Of a DNA stretch of 64,000 bases, positions 50,010 to 64,000 are shown in pieces. The position numbers were made by a program, and so were the translations under genes. Location: the NCBI GenBank assembly GCA_964016885.1, contig OZ024740.1, forward strand, positions 89,404,001 through 89,468,000. Reading direction: 5' to 3'. Each line of letters opens with the position of its first letter. Within the stretch, counting starts at the first letter, position 1. The notes under the pieces are model-generated. The model saw only the letters and a list, made by a program, of their open reading frames with translations, was not told the origin of the DNA and searched no databases. This DNA comes from Eledone cirrhosa. Its lineage: Eukaryota.

Positions 50010-52710
50010 AAACTAAGTCAATCTGTAAACGCAGAAGTGGATATTTCAGTAAACGTTGCAACCGGAGGAAGACATGAAGAAGATACTTTGGTTCGTGGAA
50101 ACGTTGCCTGGCAAAGAAAGGGAAAAAAACGAATATAATACGTCATTAATAGGAGCAGTGAAAAACTATTGCACTCAAAGACAGGACCACGTTTATGGTA
50201 TGAAAGAAGTCGTAGAATAATCTTCTCTTAGCTGGTTTGTAGAGACGTTCTCCGACAATGAACGGAAAAAACGAAGATATTACGTCATATGGGGAGCGTA
50301 AAGAACAATTGCACGCAAAGACAAAACCACGTAAATGGTATAGCTGAAGTTGTAGACTAAAATTCTAACTAGGAAACCGAATGATTCTCCGCTTCAGAGT
50401 TAAGAATAAAGTAAATAAAATACAATACAGAGGTAAATGAAATGAAATAAATACATACACGCGTCCAAATACGTACATACACAAGAATACGCGAAATCAA
50501 CGCGGGCGGTGGTTTGTACCGTGATGATGGTCTTTTGACCATGAATAAGTGCGGCCCTCGTGCTTGTGACAGGTTCAGAAAAGAACTCACATACATTTTT
50601 AAAGGCTTCAACCACTCTATACAGGTTGCGGCCAACCTCTCGGTCGTTAATTACCTCGACGTTACCCTCAATTTTTCGAATGGCTTGTATTATCGGTATA
50701 GAAAGCCGATATGATACGCTTGATTACATAAGTAAGCATTCCAACCATCCTGCCAGCATTACCAAGAACCTGGTAAGAAACGTTTCGTTGAGGCTTTTCC
50801 GTCTATCTACTAACGAGCATATTTTCAATGACCTTTCCACTTATTACAATGAAGCTCTTGCTCGAAGTGGATTTGTCGATAAGGTAGCATATACAGAATA
50901 CGAGAATAGACCTAGAAGAAATAGATCCCGTCGCATTATATGGTATAACCCAGCATATAATATGGAGGTGGCCACACCATTAGCTAAGATCTTTCTATCC
51001 CTTATTACGAAGCATTTTCCCCCTACACATAAATATAGTAACATTTTTAATAGAAATTCTATTAAAATGTCTTACTCTACGACTCCTAAACTTGCACATG
51101 ACATCACAGCTTCAATGTTATCTAAACTACCTAGCCGTAGTAACACGTGCAACCCTGTAGTTAGTACTAATTGTAATTGGAGGAATCGGGTTGATTGCCC
51201 CCTTTCCGGGAAATGACTCTCTAGTAACATTGTCTACAAATGTAAGTTTGAAAAACCCACGTCCCGTAGGGCCTACATAGGGTTAACCGCCAATAGATTC
51301 AAGCAGCGTCTTTACATGCATACCCATTCTTTTTGTTACCCTCTAAGAAGGAATATGACGTCACTTTCAGCTTATATCTGGAGTCTAAAAGAGATCACAC
51401 CCAATATAAGTTGCACTGGGAGACCTAGCTAGCGCTAGATCGTATAACACAAATAAAGGACCATGTGACCTCTGCGCCGTTGAGACTCTGGAAATACTTT
51501 ATGCCACAGACCACATCTTAAACATAAAATCTGAGGCAATTTCGGCTTGTAAACATAAATTGCACAAAACTTACCTGTATTACAGCCTCACATTTTAACC
51601 TAACGGATAGTACGATCTATACGTGGATATTTTACGTCTTGATGTGGTAGCTAAGTATATGTTATGTTTATACCATTACTTATTTGCATAGGTAAGTATA
51701 TATTACCTTATTGTCTTGTGAAGGTACGTATACTTTCTCGTACGTATATTTGATTGTATATGTTATGGCGTATATGTTTATATATTGTGGTACATATGCT
51801 TTTGTTTATGTGTATACGGGAGTGTTGCGTCTGTGTGAGTATGCGCGTTCGTACGTATGTTGGATGTGGGTATGTGTACTTCGTGTTTTGGTTGACATAC
51901 GTCTCCGAACATTTGTGTAATTACATGTAGGTACGTGTGTGCGCTTCTTATATAAATATTTATTTATTTATATACGTTTATTTAATTATTTATTTATATC
52001 TATAGACGCACATACATACACACATATTTATATGTGCGTGGTTTTGTATACCTATGGCGAGTGTTTTCGCGTATGCTTGTGTATGTAAGTATTTGTTTGC
52101 GTGTATTTATTTATTTCATTTCATTTACCTCTGTATTGTATTTTATTTACTTTATTATTAACTCTGAAGCGGAGAATCATTCGGTTTCCTAGTTAGAATT
52201 TTAGTCTACGACTTCAGCTATACCATTTACGTGGTTTTGTCTTTGCGTGCAACTGTTCTTCACGCTCCACATATGACGTATTATCTTCGTTTTTTCCGTT
52301 CATTGCCGGAGAACGTCTCTACAAACCACCTAAGAGAACATTAGTCTACGACTTCTTTTATACCATAAATGTGGTCCTGTCTTTGCGTGTAATTGTTTTT
52401 CACCTTTCCTATTAATGACGTATAATATTCGTTTTTTCCCGTTCTTTGCCAGGGAACGTTTCCACGAACCAAAGTATCGTCTTCCTGTCTTCCTCCGGTT
52501 GCAACGTTTTTTGAAATATCCACTTCTGCGTTTACAGATTGACTTTGTTAGTTTCAGAAGATCCCGTTAACGGTGAAAACAGCGATTCTTTGCTTAAACA
52601 TTAATCTGTTATTTTAATAAATATTTGCTATACGGTTCTTATATATTTGATATTTATTTATCCTTATCGACCCCTCTATGGATTTTAATCTTCAAATTTA
52701 TTATTATTAC
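50010..52710 (+). mobile_element. 5'-truncated Naiad-type PLE with inverted family D pLTRs
   Basis: Motifs GGLYRDDGL, VNYLDVTL, IWYNPAY, CNWRNRVDCPLSGK*LSSNIVYKC, YIG and CDLC. 50010-50490 is the reverse complement of 52065-52545. U4A hammerhead at 52551-52599. Confidence 0.87.
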
Positions 52711-52756
<46 letters not shown>

Positions 52757-55358
52757 TACGTGTGAACGTATAATTAAAACCAAGCTATAGTTGTAGCTAC
52801 TGCATATGGTATGCCAAGAATGGAGTGAAACATGTTGAAAATACAATCGCGGTGAATATGTAAACCAATATATATGATAGTGAAATGGTAAAGTGATAGG
52901 GTTTACGGCATGTCAACTGATAAATATTTTCCTTTGTTTTCCCACCAATAATGATGACAGTCTAACAATGGTCAATGAACGCACCACTATATAAACATTT
53001 CAATTTTTTAGAAAAAGAAATTATAGAGGAACAATGAATAAAATAATATCGTCCAATGCCTCTAAATTATATGATCAAATCTGCGTTTGTTGTCAATGTG
53101 AATTATTTATCGTCATATAAACAGACAACTCTTATTCAATACGTGTAATTTATGATTCGTGAGATTTCCACTTTAACATCATATGTACAATTGCAGAACT
53201 TTAACAGCTTGCCGACATAATATATCCTTAATTCGAAAAATGGTAATATATATAGTACAAACATAAGGGTTGCTGACTTTATGGAGCTGAAGTACAGTTT
53301 AAACATAAGAAAAAATATCGTCTGCATTTTATGATAGGGTTACTTCCATTTATATCTCAGAATACATCAGGAGATTGAGGTATAAAGGAATTAAAAGTTG
53401 GCCTTATTCTAGCAACCAACAAAATTACTGCACATATATATCCAAAATGATTTTCCAACTTTCTACTAAAAATTCTGCCATGTCAAGTAGGGAACTCACC
53501 ATTAAGATATCTTACATGAGAGCAATGATGGATTCTCCATGATAGCAGGGAGGTATTGACGGGTCACAAGTAAATAATACCATGGTGCACCAGTTATTAG
53601 AAGAATGGTAACCCAATTGCCATTAGTAGTTTTCATCGGTCATTCAATCACCTGTACGAATATAAGAGCTAGAAAATGCTTTACGTCTTTCACTTTCTAA
53701 ATAAATGAACTCTCGTTGATACCGCATAATAACATATCTATATTTTATCCCTCCGTATTTCTCCTTATGTATAGTTGTGTATATATACAAGACTGAAGAA
53801 TGCTATGCGTGGAGGACATGTCAGTACACATGTATATAAATGGGTATATTTGAAAATCAAGGATATACATTTAGTAGATAATGAGTATATGACAATTTGT
53901 CTAGAAACCATATATGGAATGTATTCGATATATACTACATATGCTCTGCATTTTAAAATAGTTATACTATTTGAATACCTATTGTCTACCCATCGATCCA
54001 TCATTATTTTACAAGTCGATGATCATAGGCTTTTAAGACAACATCATGCAATATTTTCCTTCAGGTATAATGTATTTAACGTCTCCATTGTTACCGTGTA
54101 CATAGTGTCCATTTAATCATCTTATGTGTGATCGTAGAAGATATAACTACAGTGCTTCACAGGACGAACAACACATTACAGCTTCCTATGCCTCGAGATA
54201 ACAAAAGAATTAAGCATATGTGCTGGTTCATTGTTTAGATACTCTGTTGAGTGCAACGTGTTTATAGAATGCCTTGCAGCAGCTTAAACAAGCAACAGCA
54301 TGCAGCAAATTTTGTACTTGATGTGGTCATGTGATTCTTTCAAAGACTCAATATAGCAATTCGTCGCAATATATTTCTTTTACATTAACTCGCTTTGATA
54401 GTGGATTTTCTATGTTACGCAAAAAGAATATATATGTAGATGGAATAAACATAAATATATATATAATCGTAAACAAGAATACAATCTAGCACAAGCATAC
54501 AAACAAAATCATACTTATAAACAGATACATTTCGCATATTTATGTGTATCCTACGACACAGTTCACAATATATCTTCCACTATAATTATGATTAACTATT
54601 TATTTTACTTTGAGGGGCTTTTGCATATCCATTGAATTGGGATTTAATGTAGGCATATGATTCAAAATAATCAATCGTAGTATGTTTTATGTGATGAAAG
54701 AAAACAAAGTATTTAATCAAACAAGCAAATGATCATATACAGAAACACACCAGTATATTATTCTATCTTCAATAATGCGTTTATATTTTCTTTAGTTCTC
54801 TACGCTTGCATTCCTTCTTTCTAAAAATATCAAGAGTGTAATTTGCAAGAAATCCATACCGAATGCACCACGATATCCAAGTCATTATTCATTTATATCT
54901 AAAAGTACCTACACATTAATATCCTTTATAATTTGTCTGCCTTATTTTCTTAGGTATGTCAAAACATAAGGAGATAATTGTGATATCATTCTAAATTTCA
55001 CTGATATGCGATTTAATTAAATCTATAGTCATGTATAAAATAAATAATCTGATATACACTGAAATTCATGTATAGATACATGTGTCAGTGAGTGCGTGCT
55101 TGCATTTGTATGCATGTATATATGTGTGTGAAGAGATCTTATTTAAAGAAAAAATAATTCTACGATATAACCAAATATATTAAACACAATTTCAAACAAT
55201 TAATAGTAATAAATATCCTTACATAAGTCAGCATAGATATATATGCATATAACAATATGTTTATGTACTTATTCATATATAGGAATCGGAACAAGCTCAG
55301 ACACACCTACACACATCATACACTTTTACACATACAGATATATATATTAAAATATATT

Positions 55359-55419
<61 letters not shown>

Positions 55420-57009
55420 GCACGCACGCACACACACACATATATTTAGGAGTTTGTGAGATATTGTTCTGACTCATACATAAATAGTATATGTAACTAT
55501 GAGTTAAGCAAGAAATATATTATATATTAACGGTATATATTTCTTGTAAACCTCAGGCTTAAAGACATCATATTGATTTTGGATTATAAATTTAAAAGAT
55601 TATTAACCATCAAGCATTTACAACGATAAAGAAACACTTGCTGTGTAATGTTTTAGAAACAATAAATATTTTATTAGTGTTTTTGTAAATTTATCCTTTG
55701 CATCTAAGTGTCGTTTTGTTTACCTAAATACTTTCCTCTTCTATTCTCTTTACTCCATTCTTTATTTATTTCCAGCAAATGAAGTATTTCAAGCTGATTG
55801 ATGTTCAACTGGCATTCCACTTCAAACTGGTTGATGGTTGAATGCTATTGATTCGACGTCTGTTATAAAGAAATCTCTATTGACAGAACTGTATAACTTA
55901 ACTAACAATACTGAATTTGTGTGATTCCAGATTTGATTTAACAAGCGTAAATTCCGTTAGACTCATCTCATGATGCTGCTGCCTAGAAAAGTAGCTTTCT
56001 GTTTGATTTACGCCGAGGATAAAACTAAGTATATAGGGAATCATTTGATTTATCTATTTATCTATCTATCTTTTTTGTTTGTTTGTTTGGCGTATGTTAC
56101 TACACAATACTATAGATTTAAGAACTTTTTTTTCATTATTTTCTTTTTTTTTTGCTGTCTTATCTGACAGAGAAGAAATATACAAATCAGGATTTTCACG
56201 TAGAATGAAAATAATTGTCTTCGTTAATCTTCCTGATGGTATTGACAGGATATTAAATAAATAAATACAAAATAAGAACCATTATTTATAACTAGATAAC
56301 GACCAAAGAAATATGTTTATTTAATTTACCACGAAATAAATTCATTACATCTTTCTATGAGTTATTTCAATAATTTTCCATATGTCGTTTATTTCTCTTT
56401 ACTCCTGAAAATCTATTAAAGTTGAAAAAAGTTGAGGATTATTGTTTCAGAAATGTATCTTGTTTTCACCGTGGATTTTTCTTACAACTTATAGTTGAAT
56501 ATATGTTTAGAATACAATGATTATGAACATTCTAAAACGAAAAGGAACATTTGTACGAAATTTAAACAATATATTATTTTTAGAGTTTATATATGAGTGT
56601 GTATTTGTTTGTCTACATGCTGGCGCAACCGCCTGTATGTGTGTGCATGTGTACGTGTATGTGTACGAAGTGAGAAGAGAAATCCGAAACATGCCGGCGT
56701 TTCAGTAGCTGTATTTACGGAGTTGAGTTGGGAATGATAGTATTCCGGTGATGAGAAACAGTTAATTTATTGCTCGACACCACATTAGATATCTATGTTT
56801 TAGCAAGTAGACGAATATGAAAAGAAAAATTGGCAATGCCGATGATGCTTGAAACGCCCAAATGAGGAAGGCTAGCGTGTGTCAAAACGATAGTTTTACC
56901 TCAGAGATTTTCAAACAATGCAAATACCTTTAGAAATTCTTAGATTTATGTGTACATTTTGAGATATCGTGTGGGTATGAGTTGGTGTACGCATGTGTGG
57001 AGATCATGC

Positions 57010-57190
57010 ATTGGCAGTATTGGTAGAGGGTCCAACGCAGTGCTTTCCAGCATAGAGTTACGCCCCTTTATGATGTGAGTTCAAATCCCGCCGAGGTTAA
57101 CTTTGCGTTTCATCCTTACGGGGTCGATAAAATACAGTACCAGTAATACACTGAGATAATTGCTGACCTTGCGCCAATAGTAGAACCATT
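57010..57190 (+). mobile_element. Cephalopod tRNA-derived SINE
   Basis: Colinear match to 59441-59628. Confidence 0.85.
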
Positions 57191-58292
57191 TATTTCTTAA
57201 TGGTTGTGGTGGTGGTGATGTGATTGTTTGCTTGAATTCATCATCAGTGTGTGTGATGCTGTGTGTGATCCAATCACAAAGTGGATGTAGGTGCGTGAAT
57301 GTTTCATTTCATATGTGTGTATGGTTGTGGGCATGTTGGGTTGTATGTCATGTTTACATGCGTCTGTATGTCATGTGTATCTGTGTACCTCTACACCTAA
57401 TCTAGCACTCGCCTACATAAATAGCTTTACCTATTTAAATGTGGACAACGACCGCAAACCCTTCATGCAACATACATACGCAACTAAGAAAATAACATAG
57501 GCCCTTACAGTGTATAATCAATTATTAATTAACTATTCTACCTATTCACTGTAGAACTATGAAATAAAATCACCACTACAAACTCAGTAGTACACCGAAA
57601 CCTGGATATCAGAAATAAATCAAGCTTTGACAGCTAATCGTATCTGTAGGGACTTAAGTTTCAGAGTAATTATAGCTAATTAATTATACTATATATTAAC
57701 CCATTTAGCAGCGGTTAATTGACCACGTATGTATCATTTTATACTTAATTATTTAATCTATCTTTTATATTTGTGATTTAAATAGAAATTTTATTTTCGA
57801 TTCCATCCCTGCAATCGTTATCTACAACTTAACTTTAACATTTTTCTCCTCAAAGTCTCGTGTTCCCTCTAAAATCAAAAAAATTGTGATTTGTGAACAA
57901 GGCTTATATCCAGATTACAATCAGCCCAATTTAGAAAGCACACTCATATATGTACGTATATCTTTTATTTATATATATAAATAACAGATATAATCCTTAC
58001 CGTGCCCTCTTCGGATTTTAATCTTGACATTTTTTATATTATTATTATATATATATATATACATACAAACACACACGCATATGTATATATATACATATAT
58101 GCAAAATTAGGTAGTAACATGGGATTATGCCGTATTGACTAAGCAGTATAAGTCTGTTAGCTGGGGTTTAAAAAAACAATCCCTGAATGGAAAAAAGTTG
58201 AGTATTGACGTATATGGGACACGAACCGAATTCTCTAGTTTGCCGGAACAATGCGTTACCATTACACCAATATGCCATATATATATATATAT

Positions 58293-58407
<115 letters not shown>

Positions 58408-58554
58408 ATTTAGGTTTGAAGGTCCACCACTGGATAGAGCTGGTCAATTCCGTATGGTCAATCTTGATGCAATAATATGGAGAGTACTCAACGTAAAGCA
58501 TCTCAACCGTCTTCGTTTGTGTAGTTGGTGGTACGATTACGGAGTTAAATATTA

Positions 58555-58890
58555 TAATAAAATAATAGGAGGGTGGACTTGTGTAAATCCTTGAAAGGTT
58601 TATTATACTATGATCATTTCAATGACCGGGTTCCGTATGAATCCGGTGATATCATCAGGTATTGGAAATTGAGGGCGACCGGCTAAAGTGGAAGATGCTA
58701 GATGGTCGGTCGTCCTCGGGTCTATAACTTTCAGCCCCATGGATTTTATCTGTTACATTCATTTATTATATTTCGAATACCTGATGATAACATCGGATTC
58801 ATACGGAACCCGGTCATTGAAATGATCATAGTACAATAAAGCTTTCAAGGATTTACACAAGTCCAGCCCCCCATTAATTTATTAAAATTA
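58555..58890. repeat. Inverted pLTR pair (family C) within (TA)n
   Basis: 58574-58668 is the reverse complement of 58771-58865. Confidence 0.88.
58778..58833 (+). ncRNA. Type I hammerhead (family C); inverted copy at 58606-58661
   Basis: TAC-CTGATGA(58781)-stem II-GAAA(58819)-TGATCA-TA-GTA. Palindromic stem III ATGATCAT. Confidence 0.78.
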
Positions 58891-59030
58891 TATTATATAT
58901 ATATATATATATATATAGTAAAAAGAAAACGGCTGCAATAGAGCCCCTATAACCATTCGTATTCCGGATCTTCTAAATGCCGACCGAGTGTATTTACCCC
59001 TGTTCTATCGTGACACTAGCGTGCTTTTAA

Positions 59031-59138
59031 AAGAAGAAGAAGAAGAAGAAGAAGAAGAAGAAGAAGAAGAAGAAGAAGAAGAAGAAGAAGAAGAAGAAGA
59101 AGAAGAAGAAGAAGAAGAAGAAGAAGAAGAAGAAGAAG
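59031..59138. repeat. (GAA)n microsatellite
   Basis: About 35 perfect GAA units. Confidence 0.97.
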
Positions 59139-59192
59139 ACGACATGATGCTATACTGTATGTGTAGAAATATGTCCCCTACGTGTTATTCTT

Positions 59193-59706
59193 GTGTCACG
59201 ATATCCTGGGAAGCGCAACCAAATCCTAGAATTGTAACTCTGATGTGATTAAATATAAAAAAATTGTATATAATGAATGTTGATTATGTGTATATTTGTA
59301 TATATATTCCTTGTTTCTTCATATATATATATGTATGTATATATATATATATATAAGTACATATATATATATATGAAGAATCAAGGAACATATATACAAA
59401 TATACACATAATCACAATTCATTATATACAATTTTCTTTTGGCAGTGGATTGGGAGTATCGGTAGAGGGTCGGACGCCATGCTTTCCAGCATAGTTACGT
59501 CCCTTTACGATCTGAGTTCAAATCCCGCCGAGGTTGACTTTGCCTTTCATCCTTACGGAGTCGATAAAATAAAGTACCAGTAATGCACTGGATGATTGCT
59601 GGCCTTGTGCCTAAAGTAGAAACAATTATATACATTTTTTTATATTTAATCACATCAGAGTTACATTTCAAATATTTGGTTGCGCTTCCCAGGATATAGT
59701 GACACA
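59193..59706. repeat. Palindrome whose right arm is split by a SINE
   Basis: 59193-59335 pairs with 59360-59433 plus 59635-59706. Confidence 0.8.
59441..59628 (+). mobile_element. Cephalopod tRNA-derived SINE
   Basis: B-box-like gagttcaaatcc, core gactttgcctttcatcc...gtcgataaa, and tail ggccttgtgcctaaagtagaaacaatt. Confidence 0.87.
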
Positions 59707-59709
59707 CAC

Positions 59710-59754
<45 letters not shown>

Positions 59755-60306
59755 GGTGTGTCTGTGTGTATATATATAGTTTTTGTAACATAATACATAT
59801 GGTGAAGCTGCTAGAATGAGAAGTTACCGGACCAAAATATAAGCATTACGCAATTTATTTTACATATTTAACATTATGAATTTACTGGTATCGATTTTAC
59901 TATTCATTTCCTTGAAATTCGTAAAATAAGTACCTTTCATGTATATAGATGATTCAACCCACAAAAATGTTGCTTTGATATGTCGTGTGAAAATCAATAC
60001 TATTTTAACAACTAAGGCGGTAATAAATATCACCAGCAATATAAAGTCATGCAGAATTTATAGCAATTTGAAATATTTCCTTAAAACGAAGATCTAAAAA
60101 TGTTATCAGTACTAAGGTTAAACACACATTACGGACCGTGTAGTATGCAATAATTCGTTGTTATTGAGACGCATGTCTACGGTAGAAACATTAATTTTGC
60201 ATTGAATTCAAAAGTTAATTCTCGTCACAAACATTAATATTTCCCATGGTTCTTAACTACTTAAAATTGCTGATCCAGGCAAGAGAGTAATACTTCAATT
60301 AATAAT

Positions 60307-60427
60307 TGTTTCTACTTTTGTCACAAGGCCAGCAAATACTAGTACATTACTGGTACTTAATTTCATCGACCCCGTAAGGATGAAAGGCAAAGTTAACCTC
60401 GGCGCGATTTGAACTGAGAATCGCAAG
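60307..60427 (-). mobile_element. 5'-truncated SINE with 18-bp target-site duplication (TSD)
   Basis: AATACTTCAATTAATAAT occurs at 60289-60306 and 60428-60445. Confidence 0.85.
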
Positions 60428-60694
60428 AATACTTCAATTAATAATGAATGTGACATCGTCATGAAAGAATAATATTAACATCTTACTAATGTATCAAAAT
60501 ACCATCGTTATAAACTCGAAGTCTCCATTCATAATGCAGCCAAAAATGAGAAAATTGTAATTGAACATTGGCGATATAATGCATGCAAGATCCACGAAAG
60601 AAGACTAGAAAAAAAGAATCACAATATCGCAATTATTTTGGATAATATTATTATTAATATTGGTAGTATTAGTACTATAATTATTATTATCATT

Positions 60695-62075
60695 GCTTCA
60701 TACAAGGAGGACCATGAAGGACGCATGTAACTCGATCCCAGGTAAATGTGTTCGGCTTCTCAGAGACACTTCACTCAGCTGTTCGGGGGGTGTGCCGGGC
60801 CGGGTCTTGGGATGGACTTTAGTGCCTACCTCGAGGGAATGCCGCGGCTCTCAGCCATTGAGGAGGAGTGTTACGTAAAGCCGATAACATCCGCTGAAGT
60901 AAGGGAGGCAATGATTGATTACTGTCAATACCCACTATGTGGAGGGCTAGGCATGCCATGGCTGATGAAATGCAAACATGCGCTTAGGCTACGGAATCTC
61001 CACCTCTTCCTCGATGAGGATCAGGTGTGGTCGCTGTTTGCTAGACGCATTTTTCACCAGCTCGACTCCATAACGGAGCTGCAGTCCTCGATCAAGCGAA
61101 GATCGAGAGGGAGTGCTTGGAGATTGGAATGTCTTCAGTCGCAAACAGACTTCGACCAATAGGGTGAAATCTCCACGTGGAATCTCCACATTGGCTTTCT
61201 ATAGAGGGATAGTGGAGGGATAGAGCAACGACGGCCTAGGGGAGATCCTGGGTGTCAACGAAAATCAACTAGCCAAACTCTACAGGAGAACTTTCGGGCC
61301 GGGCCCATGGACATCTTCCAGAAATCCCTGGCCTGGCAAAGCTAAAGGGTAGCTTTGCCAGTTCGGCATAAACTCTACAGGAATGGGAGTGCCGTCAACC
61401 GGGCCTGTCCGAGATGCACGCATTCATCTTGCACGCACTCGTCCTGTGTACGAGCATTGCTGAATTGTGGGTTTATGCCGAAGACCTGCTGTCACGTGTA
61501 GGACAGATCCGGCTATCAGCTGAGTCCATCGTGAGGATTGCCCCACCGCCTTCCTTTAACAAGGAAGGGCAGGCATATTTTATCTGCCTGGTGGCCATAG
61601 CGAAGGAGGTCGTGTGGTGGACACGTTTGAAAGGGCTCTGAAGACGAGCACTTACCTCTTCGGTGATGCACTGATTAACATTTACAAATTTCATTTGAAA
61701 AGGAAAATTAGTGTGGAGAGGCAAGTGCTCTCTTCCTAGCAATCTGTTGAAAGATGGGTGAAAGAGGCAAGCATGGCCCGGGTGAATGGGCCCGCGCTGA
61801 GTATGCGCCTGTAGATTGGAAGTGGAGAGCTGGAAGAGAGCACTTGCACTAGAGGTCAGTATCACCGTGGCTTTTTTAATGGGCTCTCTTTACGAGTGTC
61901 GCTCGGAAGTCTGTCCCTATCGGCAAATTTACCCTTGTCTCATTTTTTTTGTAATTTCCTTTCTTTTTTTTTTTTTCTTTACACGCAGAAATGCTCATTG
62001 GTACCGTCCTGTACCATCCTGTGCTGTCCTTAATAGTATACTTTATATCAAAACTTGTGGATAATGAAGCAATCA
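60695..62075 (+). mobile_element. Tx1-clade LINE remnant (copy 1/2 subfamily) with the RT core deleted
   Basis: VREAM joins directly to CQYPLCGGLGMPWL near 60920. The 3' UTR resembles 10758-11000. Bounded by (ATT)n. Confidence 0.85.
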
Positions 62076-62177
62076 TTATTATTATTTTTTTTCATTTAAC
62101 ATGCTTTATGTACATGCGAGTTATCACCATGTCACAGAGCAGTGTCCTCAAGATTATTATTATCATTATTATTATCA

Positions 62178-64000
62178 ATAATTTAGTTCAGCAAAATTTG
62201 ACAGGGGAGATCATCAACAACATATGCTGGGGCTTTCTCAAAAGAGAGATTAGAGTAACGTCGATAAAGATCAGCAAAGAACTAGCGTTAGAGAAAACTA
62301 GAAAGAAGGGGGAGTTGGTAGACAAGTTAGACGAGGCTATTTGTACTGGTATGGCAACTGACGTGCTAACGGCAAGAATGTCATTAGATCATTTCTTCAA
62401 TTCTAAACACGAAACTTGCATTGTCAGAGCCAAGCCGCGTGCTGTGAAAAACTAGGGAACCAAAGCTGCTTGATGGGCCTGCGTGGCAGAGGCGCAGCGT
62501 TGTAACAAAACCACGATTCGGCCTTTGAAAGACCGAGACAGACACCAGCTGAGCGATTCCAAGCGGATGTGTGAGGCCTTTCGCCCACATTTTGCTCGGT
62601 TTTTCGGGGATGTGGCGGGTTAGAGACGGTGGCGGACTTCAGTCCCTACCTTGATGGCTTGCCGCAACTCTCGACGGTCGATGCTGAGCGCCGCAAAATG
62701 CCAATTACTTCAGCCGAGATTCAGGATGCCCTTGACGGCTGCATGAGACGCAAGCCACCCGGTCTTGATGGTCTGCCCTACGAGCTTTGCGCAAACATGC
62801 CAGACTTGTTCTCCGATCTCATCGAAACGTTCTACTGCAACTGGCAGCAGAACGGAAGTATTCCCAGTTCTGTGAGCCGGGGCGTAGTGACGTTGATAAG
62901 AGGGAAGCATTAGACAATGTTAGGCCCATAACTCTGCTCAACACAGAGTTTAAGAATTTGGCCAAGGTGCTGGCGAAGAGTTTGGTGCTTTTCGTCGAGG
63001 ATTTCGTTGGAGAGGCGCAAACATGCGGCATCTTCTCAGTGGTCAAAGTTAATGGCCACCTCTCAGAACCGTTTCAGATCCTCCGATTGGTCCGCCAAGG
63101 GTTCCTGCTCTCCTACCTTCTATACGTATTGACTCTCGAGCCTTTACTACGGAAGCTGAAGCTGTGGCAGGGCATATCCCGCTCGAACCAGGACGCGGAA
63201 AGGCTGTGTCGGCTTATGCTGACGACATCGCCGTGATGGTGTCGGGCACCTCAGAAATCGAGGTGGTCGGCAACTTAGTGGAGGAATATGAAAGGTTGAC
63301 GGGAGCAAAATTTAAACTGGAAAAGTCAGTGGGCTTGCAAGTCGGCACATGTTTTGTTTTGGGCCACAGCTCCAGGTAGAAAAGAATTGTGGCGAGGGGA
63401 CGGGTAGTGTTGCCAGTCTCACCCAGAAATGTGCTGCGAGGAAGCTATCACTGAAAGGTCGGGCAGAGGTGTCGAACGCGGACATTGCGTCCGTCATCTA
63501 CTACCGCCTGACCGTAATCCCTTGCCCCCGTTCGCACCTCACCAACTTGGAACGGCTCCTCTTCAAATTCATGTGGAGGGGACAGGTTCCGTTTGTGAGT
63601 CGGTCCATCTACTGCCAGCACCCTCTATGTGGAGAGCTGGCTAACGATGCGCAGACATGCGCTGAGACTGCGGCTTCTCCAGATATTATGCCTAAAAGAT
63701 CAACAGGTGTGGTCGCCGTTTATCAGACGGGCGTTTCCGCAGCTCCTCTCTTTGACTGAGCTGCAGTTCTGGATCAAGTAGAGACCGAGACTGGGTGATT
63801 TGCATCGGAAATGTTGCCAGGCACTCACTGCGCTCTACCAGGTGGGCAATGCGGCCAATGGCACTTCCACTCTCGAGTTCTATAGCGGATTATTGGTGGG
63901 CAAGTGCGACGACGCACTCGGTGATGCTCTGGGCGTCGACGAAGTCGAACTAACCAGTCTATTCCGGAGGACCCTCGAGCCTGCGACGATGGATAATTTC
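62178..64000 (+). mobile_element. Tx1-clade LINE remnant (copy 3 subfamily), running off the window
   Basis: Motifs RPITLLNTEFK, AYADD and RKLSLKGRAEV. Colinear with 20820-22840 (-). Preceded by (ATT)n. Confidence 0.85.

Noticed and set aside
55775-55836. Possible exon QMKYFKLIDVQLAFHFKL after a pyrimidine tract
   Set aside because: Weak donor site, no recognisable protein and no supporting exons.

Overview
AT-rich eukaryotic repeat DNA, probably from an octopod cephalopod (inferred from the recurrent tRNA-derived SINE). No host gene can be confidently called. The window is a mosaic of decayed retroelements set in (TA)n, (TG)n and (TAA)n microsatellites: a CR1-like LINE, two R4/Dong-type RLE LINEs alternating antiparallel with Tx1/L1-clade LINEs at (TAA)n tracts, an RTE LINE plus a bipartite non-autonomous RTE derivative, about 8 SINE copies, and several Penelope-like elements (three Naiad-type with LYRDD reverse transcriptase and GIY-YIG, and Neptune-like remnants). 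The main hidden signal, invisible in the ORF track, is about 27 type I hammerhead ribozyme (HHR) motifs in about 15 sequence families, found by eye. They include core variants (U3-A8 swap, U4A in three copies, U4C), a 114-nt stem II, a branched stem II, head-to-head palindromic pairs, and a roughly 630-bp tandem array with one hammerhead per unit (retrozyme-like). All folds were read manually and none was tested.
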